Origin: a bacterium
GTDB lineage: Bacteria > Elusimicrobiota > Elusimicrobia > UBA1565 > UBA9628
NCBI GenBank assembly: GCA_021810245.1
Contig: JAJZJF010000005.1
Coordinates: forward strand, 1 to 50,902
DNA: 50,902 bases
Direction: 5' to 3'
The notes beneath the pieces are model-generated. The model searched no databases and was not told the origin of the DNA. It saw only the letters and a list, made by a program, of their open reading frames with translations. Below, piece by piece: positions 38,569 through 46,798 of this stretch; position 1 is the first letter of the stretch, and each line of letters opens with the position of its first letter. A program made the position numbers and the translations under genes.

Positions 38569-38885
38569 TAAGTTTTTCCGTCCACTTGATTTTTTCTTGG
38601 ACGCCCCTTGTAGCTATATCGATGTTGGGAAATATATTTCTCAATTTCTCTTTCCTCAAAGAGACGACGATGTCCGAAATTCGTTGGGTGTAGCCCGAGC
38701 TCTTTCCAATTGTGCGCCAACCAAAAATAAGAATAACCCATTTTTTCCGCCGCCTCTTCCATAGTCAGTAGCCTTGATTTTTGAGAGGCTAATGATGGAA
38801 GCGAAGCTGGGAAAGGATAGGAACCGATGATCTTTCCAGGACACTGGCATGATGGGCAATGCAACGCGGGGGATGCAGCGCTCAC
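38568..38885 (-). CDS. Excisionase-like HTH_17 protein
   Basis: LLTMEEAAEKMGYS...FGHRRLFEEREIEKYI; N-terminal CPSCQC; coupled to int. Confidence 0.8.
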   Translation of the reverse strand: MSAASPALHCPSCQCPGKIIGSYPFPASLPSLASQKSRLLTMEEAAEKMGYSYFWLAHNWKELGLHPTNFGHRRLFEEREIEKYISQHRYSYKGRPRKNQVDGKT

Positions 38886-39070
38886 AAACCACTCCCCAAG
38901 AAATCATCGAACTTCTCCACATTGATCAGCCAAAGTCTGGGACCAAATTTCCGGCAGGGGAGAATCCCCAATCGGCACCAAGACTGAACCGTTTTTTTGC
39001 TGACCCCAAATTTTTGCGCCACATCGGACGGTTTGAGCCAGCGGCAAGGTTTGAATTTTCCTTTTTTCAT
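38882..39070 (-). CDS. Excisionase-like HTH_17 protein
   Basis: WLKPSDVAQKFGVSKKTVQSWCRLGILPCRKFG..W.I; probable start ATG 39070 behind GGAGG. Confidence 0.85.
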   Translation of the reverse strand: MKKGKFKPCRWLKPSDVAQKFGVSKKTVQSWCRLGILPCRKFGPRLWLINVEKFDDFLGSGL

Positions 39071-39076
39071 CACGCC

Positions 39077-39111
39077 CTCCATAGGGGCGCAATGCCTGCG
39101 CCCCTATGGAG
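39077..39111. promoter_or_regulatory. 15-bp perfect hairpin overlapping the RBS of the xis-like gene
   Basis: CTCCATAGGGGCGCA-ATGCC-TGCGCCCCTATGGAG. Confidence 0.7.
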
Positions 39112-39148
39112 ATATACAGCTGAAACAGCCGGATTCGATTTTTCATGT

Positions 39149-39496
39149 TCAATTGTCCGTACGCGCCGACACGCAACTCCAAATTCCGGAATTGTTTTTA
39201 TCCAAGGAACGTAACCCTAAATCCAAATCACGCAGCTCTATTCCCGGCGGTTGGTACAAGTTGAATTCCATGCTCCAATTCATGTCTCTGTCAATGAAAT
39301 TTAATACGTGAAAAGCTTTCCGACGAGCCTCCATGTAAATGGATTGAGCCTCTTTGAAACTTCTATTTCTCAAATCCACAATCGAAATAACCAACATGGA
39401 ATACGGCTTCATGATCATCATAATGGCCTCAGTTTTCAGAACCCTTATCAAACTCGATTTGAGGAAGCTGACGCGCGGCTTCTTCCCCGAATCCAC
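39149..39496 (-). CDS. Hypothetical protein (true start probably near 39420)
   Basis: Co-oriented ORF filling the gap between the DUF2130 and xis-like genes. Confidence 0.5.
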   Translation of the reverse strand: MDSGKKPRVSFLKSSLIRVLKTEAIMMIMKPYSMLVISIVDLRNRSFKEAQSIYMEARRKAFHVLNFIDRDMNWSMEFNLYQPPGIELRDLDLGLRSLDKNNSGIWSCVSARTDN

Positions 39497-40448
39497 CGGT
39501 CAAACTTCGATGAACACCGGCTTCCGCGCTCCAAAGGCCGCGCAATGCCTCGATGATCCGCCGATGCTCGACATTGACCTTTTTCTGAATGTCATTAAGC
39601 CCCTTGACCGCCGCGCTCAAGAATTTCGCCTTTTCTCTCAGATCGAGTTCATAACTGTCCGTCAGGTAAGACTGAATACGCGCGACGACCTCGCTGCCCG
39701 CCCCGTGAACCGCCTTGGCTTCGGCGAGCTTGATGAGCTTCTCGGCTCCATCCAAAATCATGGCCAGAGTGAAGGCAAGATTGCTTCTGTCGATGAGCCA
39801 AACTCTGACTCCGGCACGACGGCACGGCGCGAGGCCGAAACCCGCCGCCCTAAGCTCCTCATTTGGAAAAGCCGAGGAATTCGCCGCGATATAGCCAAAT
39901 TGCGCCTTGTGCCGCAACATGTCGCCCCAGATTTTTTCCGGCCAGTCTCGATTCCAATCGGCGCTCCATTTATCATCCACAATCATCGCGCCAATGCGAG
40001 TCCCGTTCCGATGAACGTGAATAATAACGTCCGTCCCCTTTTTGCCCTGCCCTACTTCTTCGATCTCGCACAAATCGAGCGGCAGATTTTTCTTGAGATA
40101 TTCCCCCAATCCCTCCTCGGCGATGATGCCTTGAACCTGAGCCGATCCAAGACTCAGCTTCGATTCCATTTCCTGTGCGCGAGCCTGAGCTTCCGAAAGT
40201 TTTTTTCGGATTTCCGATATTTCCAGGTCTTTCTTGGCGAATCTCTCTTGAAAGCCACGAATGATTTCGGTTTTGGCCCTGCCCACCGCGATTTTTATTT
40301 TCTCTTCCGCCGCCTCCGCAGCCTTAACTTGTTCTTCCTTCATAAGGCGATTGGCCTCTGCCCGGCCTTCCTCAGCGACCAAGTCCGCGACTTGTTCCTT
40401 AAGGTTTATTCTCGCTCCGCACTTCGGACACTCGATTTTCAAGTTCAT
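39429..40448 (-). CDS. DUF2130-like protein (Zn ribbon, coiled coil, nuclease-like C-terminus)
   Basis: IECPKCG..I.L, S.Q.QG..AE..L, I.EV..G.KG.D.I, DDK.S..W...W..K; start ATG 40448 behind GGAGGAG. Confidence 0.8.
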   Translation of the reverse strand: MNLKIECPKCGARINLKEQVADLVAEEGRAEANRLMKEEQVKAAEAAEEKIKIAVGRAKTEIIRGFQERFAKKDLEISEIRKKLSEAQARAQEMESKLSLGSAQVQGIIAEEGLGEYLKKNLPLDLCEIEEVGQGKKGTDVIIHVHRNGTRIGAMIVDDKWSADWNRDWPEKIWGDMLRHKAQFGYIAANSSAFPNEELRAAGFGLAPCRRAGVRVWLIDRSNLAFTLAMILDGAEKLIKLAEAKAVHGAGSEVVARIQSYLTDSYELDLREKAKFLSAAVKGLNDIQKKVNVEHRRIIEALRGLWSAEAGVHRSLTGGFGEEAARQLPQIEFDKGSEN

Positions 40449-40545
40449 GACATTCTCCTCCCCGTTTTTTCTTTTGAGTTTTTCGTAGCGTCTTTCATGC
40501 ACTAATTTTTTGTAGAATAATCAATAATGTAATGTGCTTACTTAT

Positions 40546-40579
40546 TATGTATTATACATCATAATACATACTTTGTCAA
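40546..40579 (-). promoter_or_regulatory. Consensus sigma70 promoter overlapped by a palindromic operator
   Basis: Minus strand TTGACA (40579-40574), 17 bp, TATAAT (40556-40551); IR TATGTATTAT-5-ATAATACATA (40546-40570). Confidence 0.85.
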
Positions 40580-40589
40580 GGGGAGGAGT

Positions 40590-40745
40590 ATGCGGCAACA
40601 TTCCGAAGAACAGATGATTCGTATTTCAGCGTCAATTCCTAAAAAATTGCATACCAAGGTTATCGAGCGAGCTCATGAAGAACGTCGATCCTTAAGCTCA
40701 GAAATCGTTATCTTGCTAGAGAAAGCTCTTTCTGGAGGGAACTGA
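40590..40745 (+). CDS. Arc-like ribbon-helix-helix repressor (51 aa, below ORF-track cutoff)
   Basis: MRQHSEEQMIRISASIPKKLHTKVIERAHEERRSLSSEIVILLEKALSGGN; SD GGAGGAG. Confidence 0.85.
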   Translation: MRQHSEEQMIRISASIPKKLHTKVIERAHEERRSLSSEIVILLEKALSGGN

Positions 40746-40873
40746 TTTTTTTCAATAATAATATCTATTGACGAAATACCCGGAAAAACGCACCGATGAG
40801 TGGCTGAGTTTATTATGTAATGCCGTTATGTTCATCCGTTTCAACCGAAACGCCAATGGGATAGCCCCGACTG

Positions 40874-41674
40874 AGCTTTCTTATCTTTAAACCCCGGCAG
40901 CGCGGGCGAATTCTTCTATCGTTTGAAAACGTTCCTTGGGGTCGGGCTTTAAACATCGGACAATAATTTCATTGAGACGAACATTGCAGTCGGGTAGAAT
41001 CTCGGTAAGAGGTTTAAAGACGGAGCGCTCCTTTTGCGCCAAAAAGTCCGGGCCGCGGAAGGGGATATCCCCGGTCAAGGCTTCGTAAATGGTCGCCCCC
41101 AAAGAGTAGATGTCCGAGCGCGCATCCCATTTCCCCAAGTGCTGCTCCGGCGACATATAAGCGAAAGTCCCGGCGGTTTCAACTCGGCTCACTCGGCTCA
41201 TCGCGTCCAGCGCCTGACCTGCGATGCCAAAATCCATCACTTTCGCTCCCTCCGCCTTCGTCACCATGATATTGGAGGGCTTTAAATCTCGATGAATCAC
41301 CTTTTTTGAGTGGGCAAAAGCCAGGGCTCTACAAACCCCGCCGAGCACAGACCCCATTTCAGCCGCCGCTAGTTTCCCGTGTTTGGCGATCATTTCCGCC
41401 AAGTTTTGGCCCTCGACATATTCAAAGACCAAATAGACTTCGTTGGATTCCTCTATGATTTCATGGATATCCACAATCGAAGGATGGCGAAGTTGGGCCA
41501 CAATTTTGGCTTCATCCAAAAAGCGAGCTTTCTCCTTGGGATTCATCGCCACCTCGGGACGCATCTTTTTTATCGCGACTCTGCGCCCCAATGAATGATC
41601 TTTTGCCTCATAGACCAATCCCATGCCTCCTTGACCGATTTGGCGCAAAAGCTCGTATTTCCCGGCGATCAGCG
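40874..41674. repeat. Kinase-module duplication, copy 1
   Basis: About 800 bp nearly identical to 43003-43803 (offset 2129). Confidence 0.95.
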
Positions 41675-42944
41675 CGGTGGATTGTCCCTCGCGGGTTTGG
41701 CCCGATGAGGCAACGGTCTCCGCGGTGGAGGGCGGTTTTGTCAATGACGATGGCGCGGTTGATGCGGGAGCGGCGGACGTGGCGGCACTTTGGGGCCGAT
41801 TCTTGCGCTTTAAAACAAATCTCCAAGTCACGAGGAGCAAGAATAAAGCGATTACAACCCCGATTTCTTCCATGGTCTTAATCCGCGCGGCTTCTTGATT
41901 GGCTTGTGCTTCGGCGGCCTTTTGGACTTGCGCCGCATGAGCCGCCGCTGCCGCTCGCGCGGCCTTATTAGAAATCCACACGCGCACATGCTTCGTCCCA
42001 TCCCCAGAGACGATTCGCTTGCCGTCTGGGGAATAACTTACGGAGCGGACATAACTCCCCACATCCTTGGACTTCCACAGCTCTTCACCGCTCATTGCGT
42101 CCCACACGCGCACATGGTTCGTATCATCTCCAGAGACGATTCGCTTGCCGTCCGGGGAATAAGTTACGGAGAAGACAGCGCCCACATCCTTGGACTTCCA
42201 CAACTCTTTCCCGCTCACTGCGTCCCACACGCGCACATGCTGCGTCTCATCCCCAGAAACGATTCGTTTGCCGTCGGGGGAATAACTTACGGAGTTGACA
42301 AAACTCCCCACATCCTTGGACTTCCACTGCTCTTCACCGCTCGCTGCGTCCCACACGCGCACATGGCCGCTATTACCATAATAACCATCCCCGGAGACGA
42401 TTCGCTTGCCGTCAGGGGAATAACTTACGGACCAGACATAACTCCCCACATCCTTGGACTTCCACTGCTCTTCACCGCTCGCTGCGTCCCACACACGCAC
42501 ATGGTCTGTCCAATCCCCAGAGACGATTCGCTTGCCGTCTGGGGAATAACTTACGGAGACGACAGTATTTCCCACATTCTTGGACTCCCACTGCTCTTCA
42601 CCGCTCGCTGCGTCCCACACGCGCACATGGCCGCCATTATCTCCAGAGACGATTCGCTTGCCGTCTGGGGAATAACTTACGGAGACGACAGTATTTCCCA
42701 CATTCTTGGACTCCCACTGCTCTTCACCGCTCGCTGCGTCCCACACGCGCACATGGCCGCCATTATCCCCAGAGACGATTCGCTTGCCGTCTGGGGAATA
42801 ACTTACGGAGACGACAAAATTCCCCACATTCGACGTCCACAGCTCTGTAAACCCTTGCGCGGAAGCGGGCCTTAGAGACGCAAATATAAGACAAAAAAGA
42901 ATAAAGTGAAAACAGATTCTCTTGAACGCCAGTTTGTTGAGCAT
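40887..42944 (-). CDS. Receptor-like Ser/Thr kinase: signal peptide, 7xWD40, TM, Hanks kinase
   Basis: SVSYSPDGKRIVSGD..HVRVWD repeats; TM IGVVIALFLLLVTW; GQGGMG, VAIK, HRDLKPSN, DFG, SPE. Confidence 0.93.
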   Translation of the reverse strand: MLNKLAFKRICFHFILFCLIFASLRPASAQGFTELWTSNVGNFVVSVSYSPDGKRIVSGDNGGHVRVWDAASGEEQWESKNVGNTVVSVSYSPDGKRIVSGDNGGHVRVWDAASGEEQWESKNVGNTVVSVSYSPDGKRIVSGDWTDHVRVWDAASGEEQWKSKDVGSYVWSVSYSPDGKRIVSGDGYYGNSGHVRVWDAASGEEQWKSKDVGSFVNSVSYSPDGKRIVSGDETQHVRVWDAVSGKELWKSKDVGAVFSVTYSPDGKRIVSGDDTNHVRVWDAMSGEELWKSKDVGSYVRSVSYSPDGKRIVSGDGTKHVRVWISNKAARAAAAAHAAQVQKAAEAQANQEAARIKTMEEIGVVIALFLLLVTWRFVLKRKNRPQSAATSAAPASTAPSSLTKPPSTAETVASSGQTREGQSTALIAGKYELLRQIGQGGMGLVYEAKDHSLGRRVAIKKMRPEVAMNPKEKARFLDEAKIVAQLRHPSIVDIHEIIEESNEVYLVFEYVEGQNLAEMIAKHGKLAAAEMGSVLGGVCRALAFAHSKKVIHRDLKPSNIMVTKAEGAKVMDFGIAGQALDAMSRVSRVETAGTFAYMSPEQHLGKWDARSDIYSLGATIYEALTGDIPFRGPDFLAQKERSVFKPLTEILPDCNVRLNEIIVRCLKPDPKERFQTIEEFARAAGV
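41980..42845 (-). repeat. Seven highly identical ~126-bp WD40-coding repeats
   Basis: Period 126 bp (e.g. 42541 vs 42667); one unit has a 12-bp insertion, one a 3-bp deletion. Confidence 0.95.
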
Positions 42945-43002
42945 TAGGACAATTTTATAACATGTGGAAACACTCCTAAAATTTTCTTACAAGATAATTT
43001 TC

Positions 43003-43803
43003 AGCTTTCTTATCTTTAAACCCCGGCGGCGCGGGCGAATTCTTCTATCGTTTGAAAACGTTCCTTGGGATCGGGCTTTAAACATCGGACAATAATTTCA
43101 TTGAGACGAACATTGCAGTCGGGTAGAATCTCGGTAAGAGGTTTAAAGACGGAGCGCTCCTTTTGCGCCAAAAAGTCCGGGCCGCGGAAGGGGATATCCC
43201 CGGTCAAGGCTTCGTAAATGGTCGCCCCCAAAGAGTAGATGTCCGAGCGCGCATCCCATTTCCCCAAGTGCTGCTCCGGCGACATATAAGCGAAAGTCCC
43301 GGCGGTTTCAACTCGGCTCACTCGGCTCATCGCGTCCAGCGCCTGACCTGCGATGCCAAAATCCATCACTTTCGCTCCCTCCGCCTTCGTCACCATGATA
43401 TTGGAGGGCTTTAAATCTCGATGAATCACCTTTTTTGAGTGGGCAAAAGCCAGGGCTCTACAAACCCCGCCGAGCACAGACCCCATTTCAGCCGCCGCTA
43501 GTTTCCCGTGTTTGGCGATCATTTCCGCCAAGTTTTGGCCCTCGACATATTCAAAGACCAAATAGACTTCGTTGGATTCCTCTATGATTTCATGGATATC
43601 CACAATCGAAGGATGGCGAAGTTGGGCCACAATTTTGGCTTCATCCAAAAAGCGAGCTTTCTCCTTGGGATTCATCGCCACCTCGGGACGCATCTTTTTT
43701 ATCGCGACTCTGCGCCCCAATGAATGATCTTTTGCCTCATAGACCAATCCCATGCCTCCTTGGCCGATTTGGCGCAAAAGCTCGTATTTGCCGGCTATGA
43801 GCG
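43003..43803. repeat. Kinase-module duplication, copy 2
   Basis: Nearly identical to 40874-41674. Confidence 0.95.
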
Positions 43804-44320
43804 TCTTGTTTTCGGACACGGTAGGTTTTTGTATTTCCGACACGATACAGGTTTGCTTGGGCTCTGGGTTTGGATTAGAGGGGACTTGAAGGACGGATGC
43901 GCCACCCTTAGTTGGAAGCCATTTCCTAGCCTCGTCTCGATTGATTTCTTCTGCGCAGCGATAAGCTCTATACATACCCAAAATCCAGAAGATGAGTATG
44001 ACTAGCAAGAATAGTGGTACGAAAAAGATGTATATGGCCGACACCAATAATTTTAGACTGGAGTTGGGTAGTATGGCTAACAGGAATGCTAGCCCTAAGA
44101 TGGGTATGGCTAGCAGGAATGGTAACATCAGGAACTTAAGGCCCATAAAAATCCCATCTCTGGCTTTTCCTAAATAAATATGCCCCAGTCCGGGCCAGAG
44201 TGAAGATAAGAGTGCCGCAATGAGAGGTATTTTTAAGTTTTTCTCATAGCCACATTTTAGACACACCGTCGCTCTATCTGAGGCTTCTGTTTTGCATTCG
44301 GGACATTGAAGCATCGGCAT
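43016..44320 (-). CDS. Membrane Ser/Thr kinase: Zn ribbon, TM2-like multi-TM domain, Hanks kinase
   Basis: CPEC..CLKCG; AALLS.LWPGLGHIYLG; kinase protein sequence identical to that of 40887-42944. Confidence 0.92.
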   Translation of the reverse strand: MPMLQCPECKTEASDRATVCLKCGYEKNLKIPLIAALLSSLWPGLGHIYLGKARDGIFMGLKFLMLPFLLAIPILGLAFLLAILPNSSLKLLVSAIYIFFVPLFLLVILIFWILGMYRAYRCAEEINRDEARKWLPTKGGASVLQVPSNPNPEPKQTCIVSEIQKPTVSENKTLIAGKYELLRQIGQGGMGLVYEAKDHSLGRRVAIKKMRPEVAMNPKEKARFLDEAKIVAQLRHPSIVDIHEIIEESNEVYLVFEYVEGQNLAEMIAKHGKLAAAEMGSVLGGVCRALAFAHSKKVIHRDLKPSNIMVTKAEGAKVMDFGIAGQALDAMSRVSRVETAGTFAYMSPEQHLGKWDARSDIYSLGATIYEALTGDIPFRGPDFLAQKERSVFKPLTEILPDCNVRLNEIIVRCLKPDPKERFQTIEEFARAAGV

Positions 44321-44445
44321 AAAACACCTTCCTATTTCTCCTCATTGGTGCGTCTTTTTCCCAACTTGATGTTACCAAGCCGGGGAAATCGCCTCAACTT
44401 TTTTCAACTATTATCGTGACATGCTCCCTTGACGCGCTCATGATT

Positions 44446-45168
44446 TTATTGGCAGAGAATCTCAATATTACCATCATTTATAAGTTCATAGACGCCGATT
44501 TGCAATTTTTGGATGAGTTTTTTGAGCTTGGGACGGAGATTGATTTTATTTACTTCCTTTGCTTCCTTCAGCGCAAGGCAACCTTCTGGTTTCCCCTGAA
44601 GAAGAACCGCTTTATAAATCTCGGACTGGGGATTTGTGTTAAAGTCGCATCGAAATTTTTCAGGGTCAAGTTGCAGATAATAGGTCTCAATCTCAAGGAC
44701 AGTTTTTAGAAGCGTATCACTCGTGTTGTTCAACTTGAATTCAATCAGGTAAAAGCTATTCTTTGATTCATTGTAGGTCACCAAATCGATTTTCCCGGCT
44801 CTGTCTCCACGTATATTTTTTAGAGGAACCTGATATTCTATCACCTTGCCTAGCGTGCCTAGTTTGGCCTTAGTATTGAACAGGCATCCTGCATACTGCT
44901 CTTCCTTCCTATTACTTTTGGTTTTCTGGAACTTTGCCCCCAGGTGAGGATTATAAGTCTCTTCCCGCGAGATGGTTCCTATTCCTTTCAGCCACCCGGA
45001 GTTCTTTTTCTCCAACAGCAGTCCTGCAATAATCTCGGAAGAGAGTTCGTTAGAATCATTCGTTCTACCGCTCCAATTGACACAGTCTGCCTTATAGATG
45101 GTTTCAGGTTTTTTGATGCTCTCCGCTATCTTGTTCTGCACCTGCTTACAATTATATTTTTTAGGCAT
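44446..45168 (-). CDS. PD-(D/E)XK nuclease-like hypothetical protein
   Basis: EE...EYQVPL...GKIDLV...LIEFK...LEIETY; low GC; SD AGGGAGG. Confidence 0.65.
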   Translation of the reverse strand: MPKKYNCKQVQNKIAESIKKPETIYKADCVNWSGRTNDSNELSSEIIAGLLLEKKNSGWLKGIGTISREETYNPHLGAKFQKTKSNRKEEQYAGCLFNTKAKLGTLGKVIEYQVPLKNIRGDRAGKIDLVTYNESKNSFYLIEFKLNNTSDTLLKTVLEIETYYLQLDPEKFRCDFNTNPQSEIYKAVLLQGKPEGCLALKEAKEVNKINLRPKLKKLIQKLQIGVYELINDGNIEILCQ

Positions 45169-45220
45169 ATTTCCTCCCTTATTTTATTTGTTTTTACGGT
45201 GATGAAGGGGAGATTCATTT

Positions 45221-46798
45221 TCATTTAACCCCTCTCAGTTTCTCCGTGAGAAATTTGGATATCCGAAACAAGACGCGGCTTGTGGATTTTGTTTTGGCTT
45301 GATGGGACCTCATGGCGCTGCTCTTGGCAGCGGGGCCATCGGAATCAAAAACGGGTTCGCCGTTGGGAAGGGCGTAGAGAGAAAGCGCGCTTTGCGCCCA
45401 TCCTTGGTAGAGGTCATAGTCGCCGACTTTTTGGCTGCTATCCTGGATGGAGACCAGGAGCAGATAGTCCGCATGAAGATCCACGGCTTTTTGAATCCTG
45501 GACTTTAAATTCATCGCGCGGCCCGGTATTTCCATTCCGCTAAACCCCTGGGAAACCAAGACTCTTTTAATGGAGGTGGCCAGTTTCTCTCGCAGGTTCT
45601 CATCTGGAGCCAACGCCGCAAAGGCGACGGAACGCGCCTTAATGAGGTCCACCGTGCATTGGGGGGCCGAGAAAAAACGGGGAATAGAGCCTGTTTTAAA
45701 AAGGGCGGCTCCGTCCACCTCGACTTGAAGAGTGGCGCGAGATTGGGAAGGGTCTATGCGCACGATGGGAATCTGGGCCAAGCCGCGGGAGTCCGTCATG
45801 AGCGCATGTCTCGCGAGTGTCCCGCGTCCTTCTGAAAAATCAGACTTAAGAGAAAGACCCTTGATGGGAACGTGAATTCCGCCGCGAGCGTCTTTGTAGG
45901 AAGCCTCAATTTGCGGGCTCTGATTAATCTTCCCCTCAGCGCTATAGGTGATACGGTTGGGATGAGCGGCAAGCGAAATATTCTCAAGAATGCCGCTGAT
46001 TTTTCCGGCCAGAAAACTTTGCATTTCCTGTTTGCGTTTGTCCATGCGCATTTCGACGGGGCTTTCTCCCCAATAACCGGAAAGAGTGTTTTGAGCCAAG
46101 ATCAAGTCCCGCAAACCGCTCATCACGCGCTTAGATGCCAGTTCTTTTTCGCCCTCTTCCGCGAGGCCTTCAACCCGCTCCTTTTTGAGGGAGAGCTGCT
46201 TCTCCGCTATCTCGTGGTATTTCTTTTGAGGAACGGAAAGGAGAACATCCACAAATCCCTTCTGAGGATAATCCAGAAATTTTTTGATCGCAAGATAAAG
46301 ACTGTTTTCCGGATCGGCCAAAACAAGATGCGTTCTCAAATCTATAGCGTCTTCAATTTGCTCTTTCTCCACATGAGAGGAACCGGAAGCGTTATAGCTG
46401 TATCGACTTTGAGATTGAGAGGTGATGGTCACTTGGATGCGCTTAGCCAGCCGCTCAAGGGCCAAGCTATAGGCTTTGTCATAAGCCTCCTCGGCATGCC
46501 CTTTGTGGATTTCCGCCGAGGCGTCTGCGGCATAGTAGTCCGGATCATGCTCCAGCTTCTCAATCAAGGCTCCAATGTCGGGAGGATTCTGAACGGGAGC
46601 CGCGAGAGGTTTGACGCCGGGTTTAGCTGTAGTTTGAGAGGGGGAAAAATTGGAAAGATGCTCTTGGGCTTGTTGCGCCTGATTTTCAAGAGAGGATTCG
46701 GAATCGGAAGGAGATGTATTTTGGGATTTCAGATGAGGAGTTATCATCAAACACAAGGCCAAGGCGCAAAAAACAGCGAGACGTTTTTTATTGGTCAT
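45221..46798 (-). CDS. Secreted LPP20-like domain protein
   Basis: Start ATG 46798 (ATGA overlap); signal peptide MTNKKRLAVFCALALCL; 'A...A...AL..LA..I.V.I.S' LPP20-like helix-strand pattern. Confidence 0.6.
   Translation of the reverse strand: MTNKKRLAVFCALALCLMITPHLKSQNTSPSDSESSLENQAQQAQEHLSNFSPSQTTAKPGVKPLAAPVQNPPDIGALIEKLEHDPDYYAADASAEIHKGHAEEAYDKAYSLALERLAKRIQVTITSQSQSRYSYNASGSSHVEKEQIEDAIDLRTHLVLADPENSLYLAIKKFLDYPQKGFVDVLLSVPQKKYHEIAEKQLSLKKERVEGLAEEGEKELASKRVMSGLRDLILAQNTLSGYWGESPVEMRMDKRKQEMQSFLAGKISGILENISLAAHPNRITYSAEGKINQSPQIEASYKDARGGIHVPIKGLSLKSDFSEGRGTLARHALMTDSRGLAQIPIVRIDPSQSRATLQVEVDGAALFKTGSIPRFFSAPQCTVDLIKARSVAFAALAPDENLREKLATSIKRVLVSQGFSGMEIPGRAMNLKSRIQKAVDLHADYLLLVSIQDSSQKVGDYDLYQGWAQSALSLYALPNGEPVFDSDGPAAKSSAMRSHQAKTKSTSRVLFRISKFLTEKLRGVK

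Noticed and set aside
39354-40505. 383-aa plus-strand ORF
   Set aside because: Antisense to the DUF2130-like gene, which has the SD, promoter and motifs
41980-42845. Regular repeats with variable inserts resembling a CRISPR array
   Set aside because: The 126-bp in-frame period encodes WD40 blades; no unique spacers and no cas genes
41895-42875. 326-aa plus-strand repetitive ORF
   Set aside because: Antisense shadow of the WD40 repeats
40874-43803. Diversity-generating retroelement TR/VR pair
   Set aside because: No reverse transcriptase in the window; both copies are coding and the few differences are synonymous
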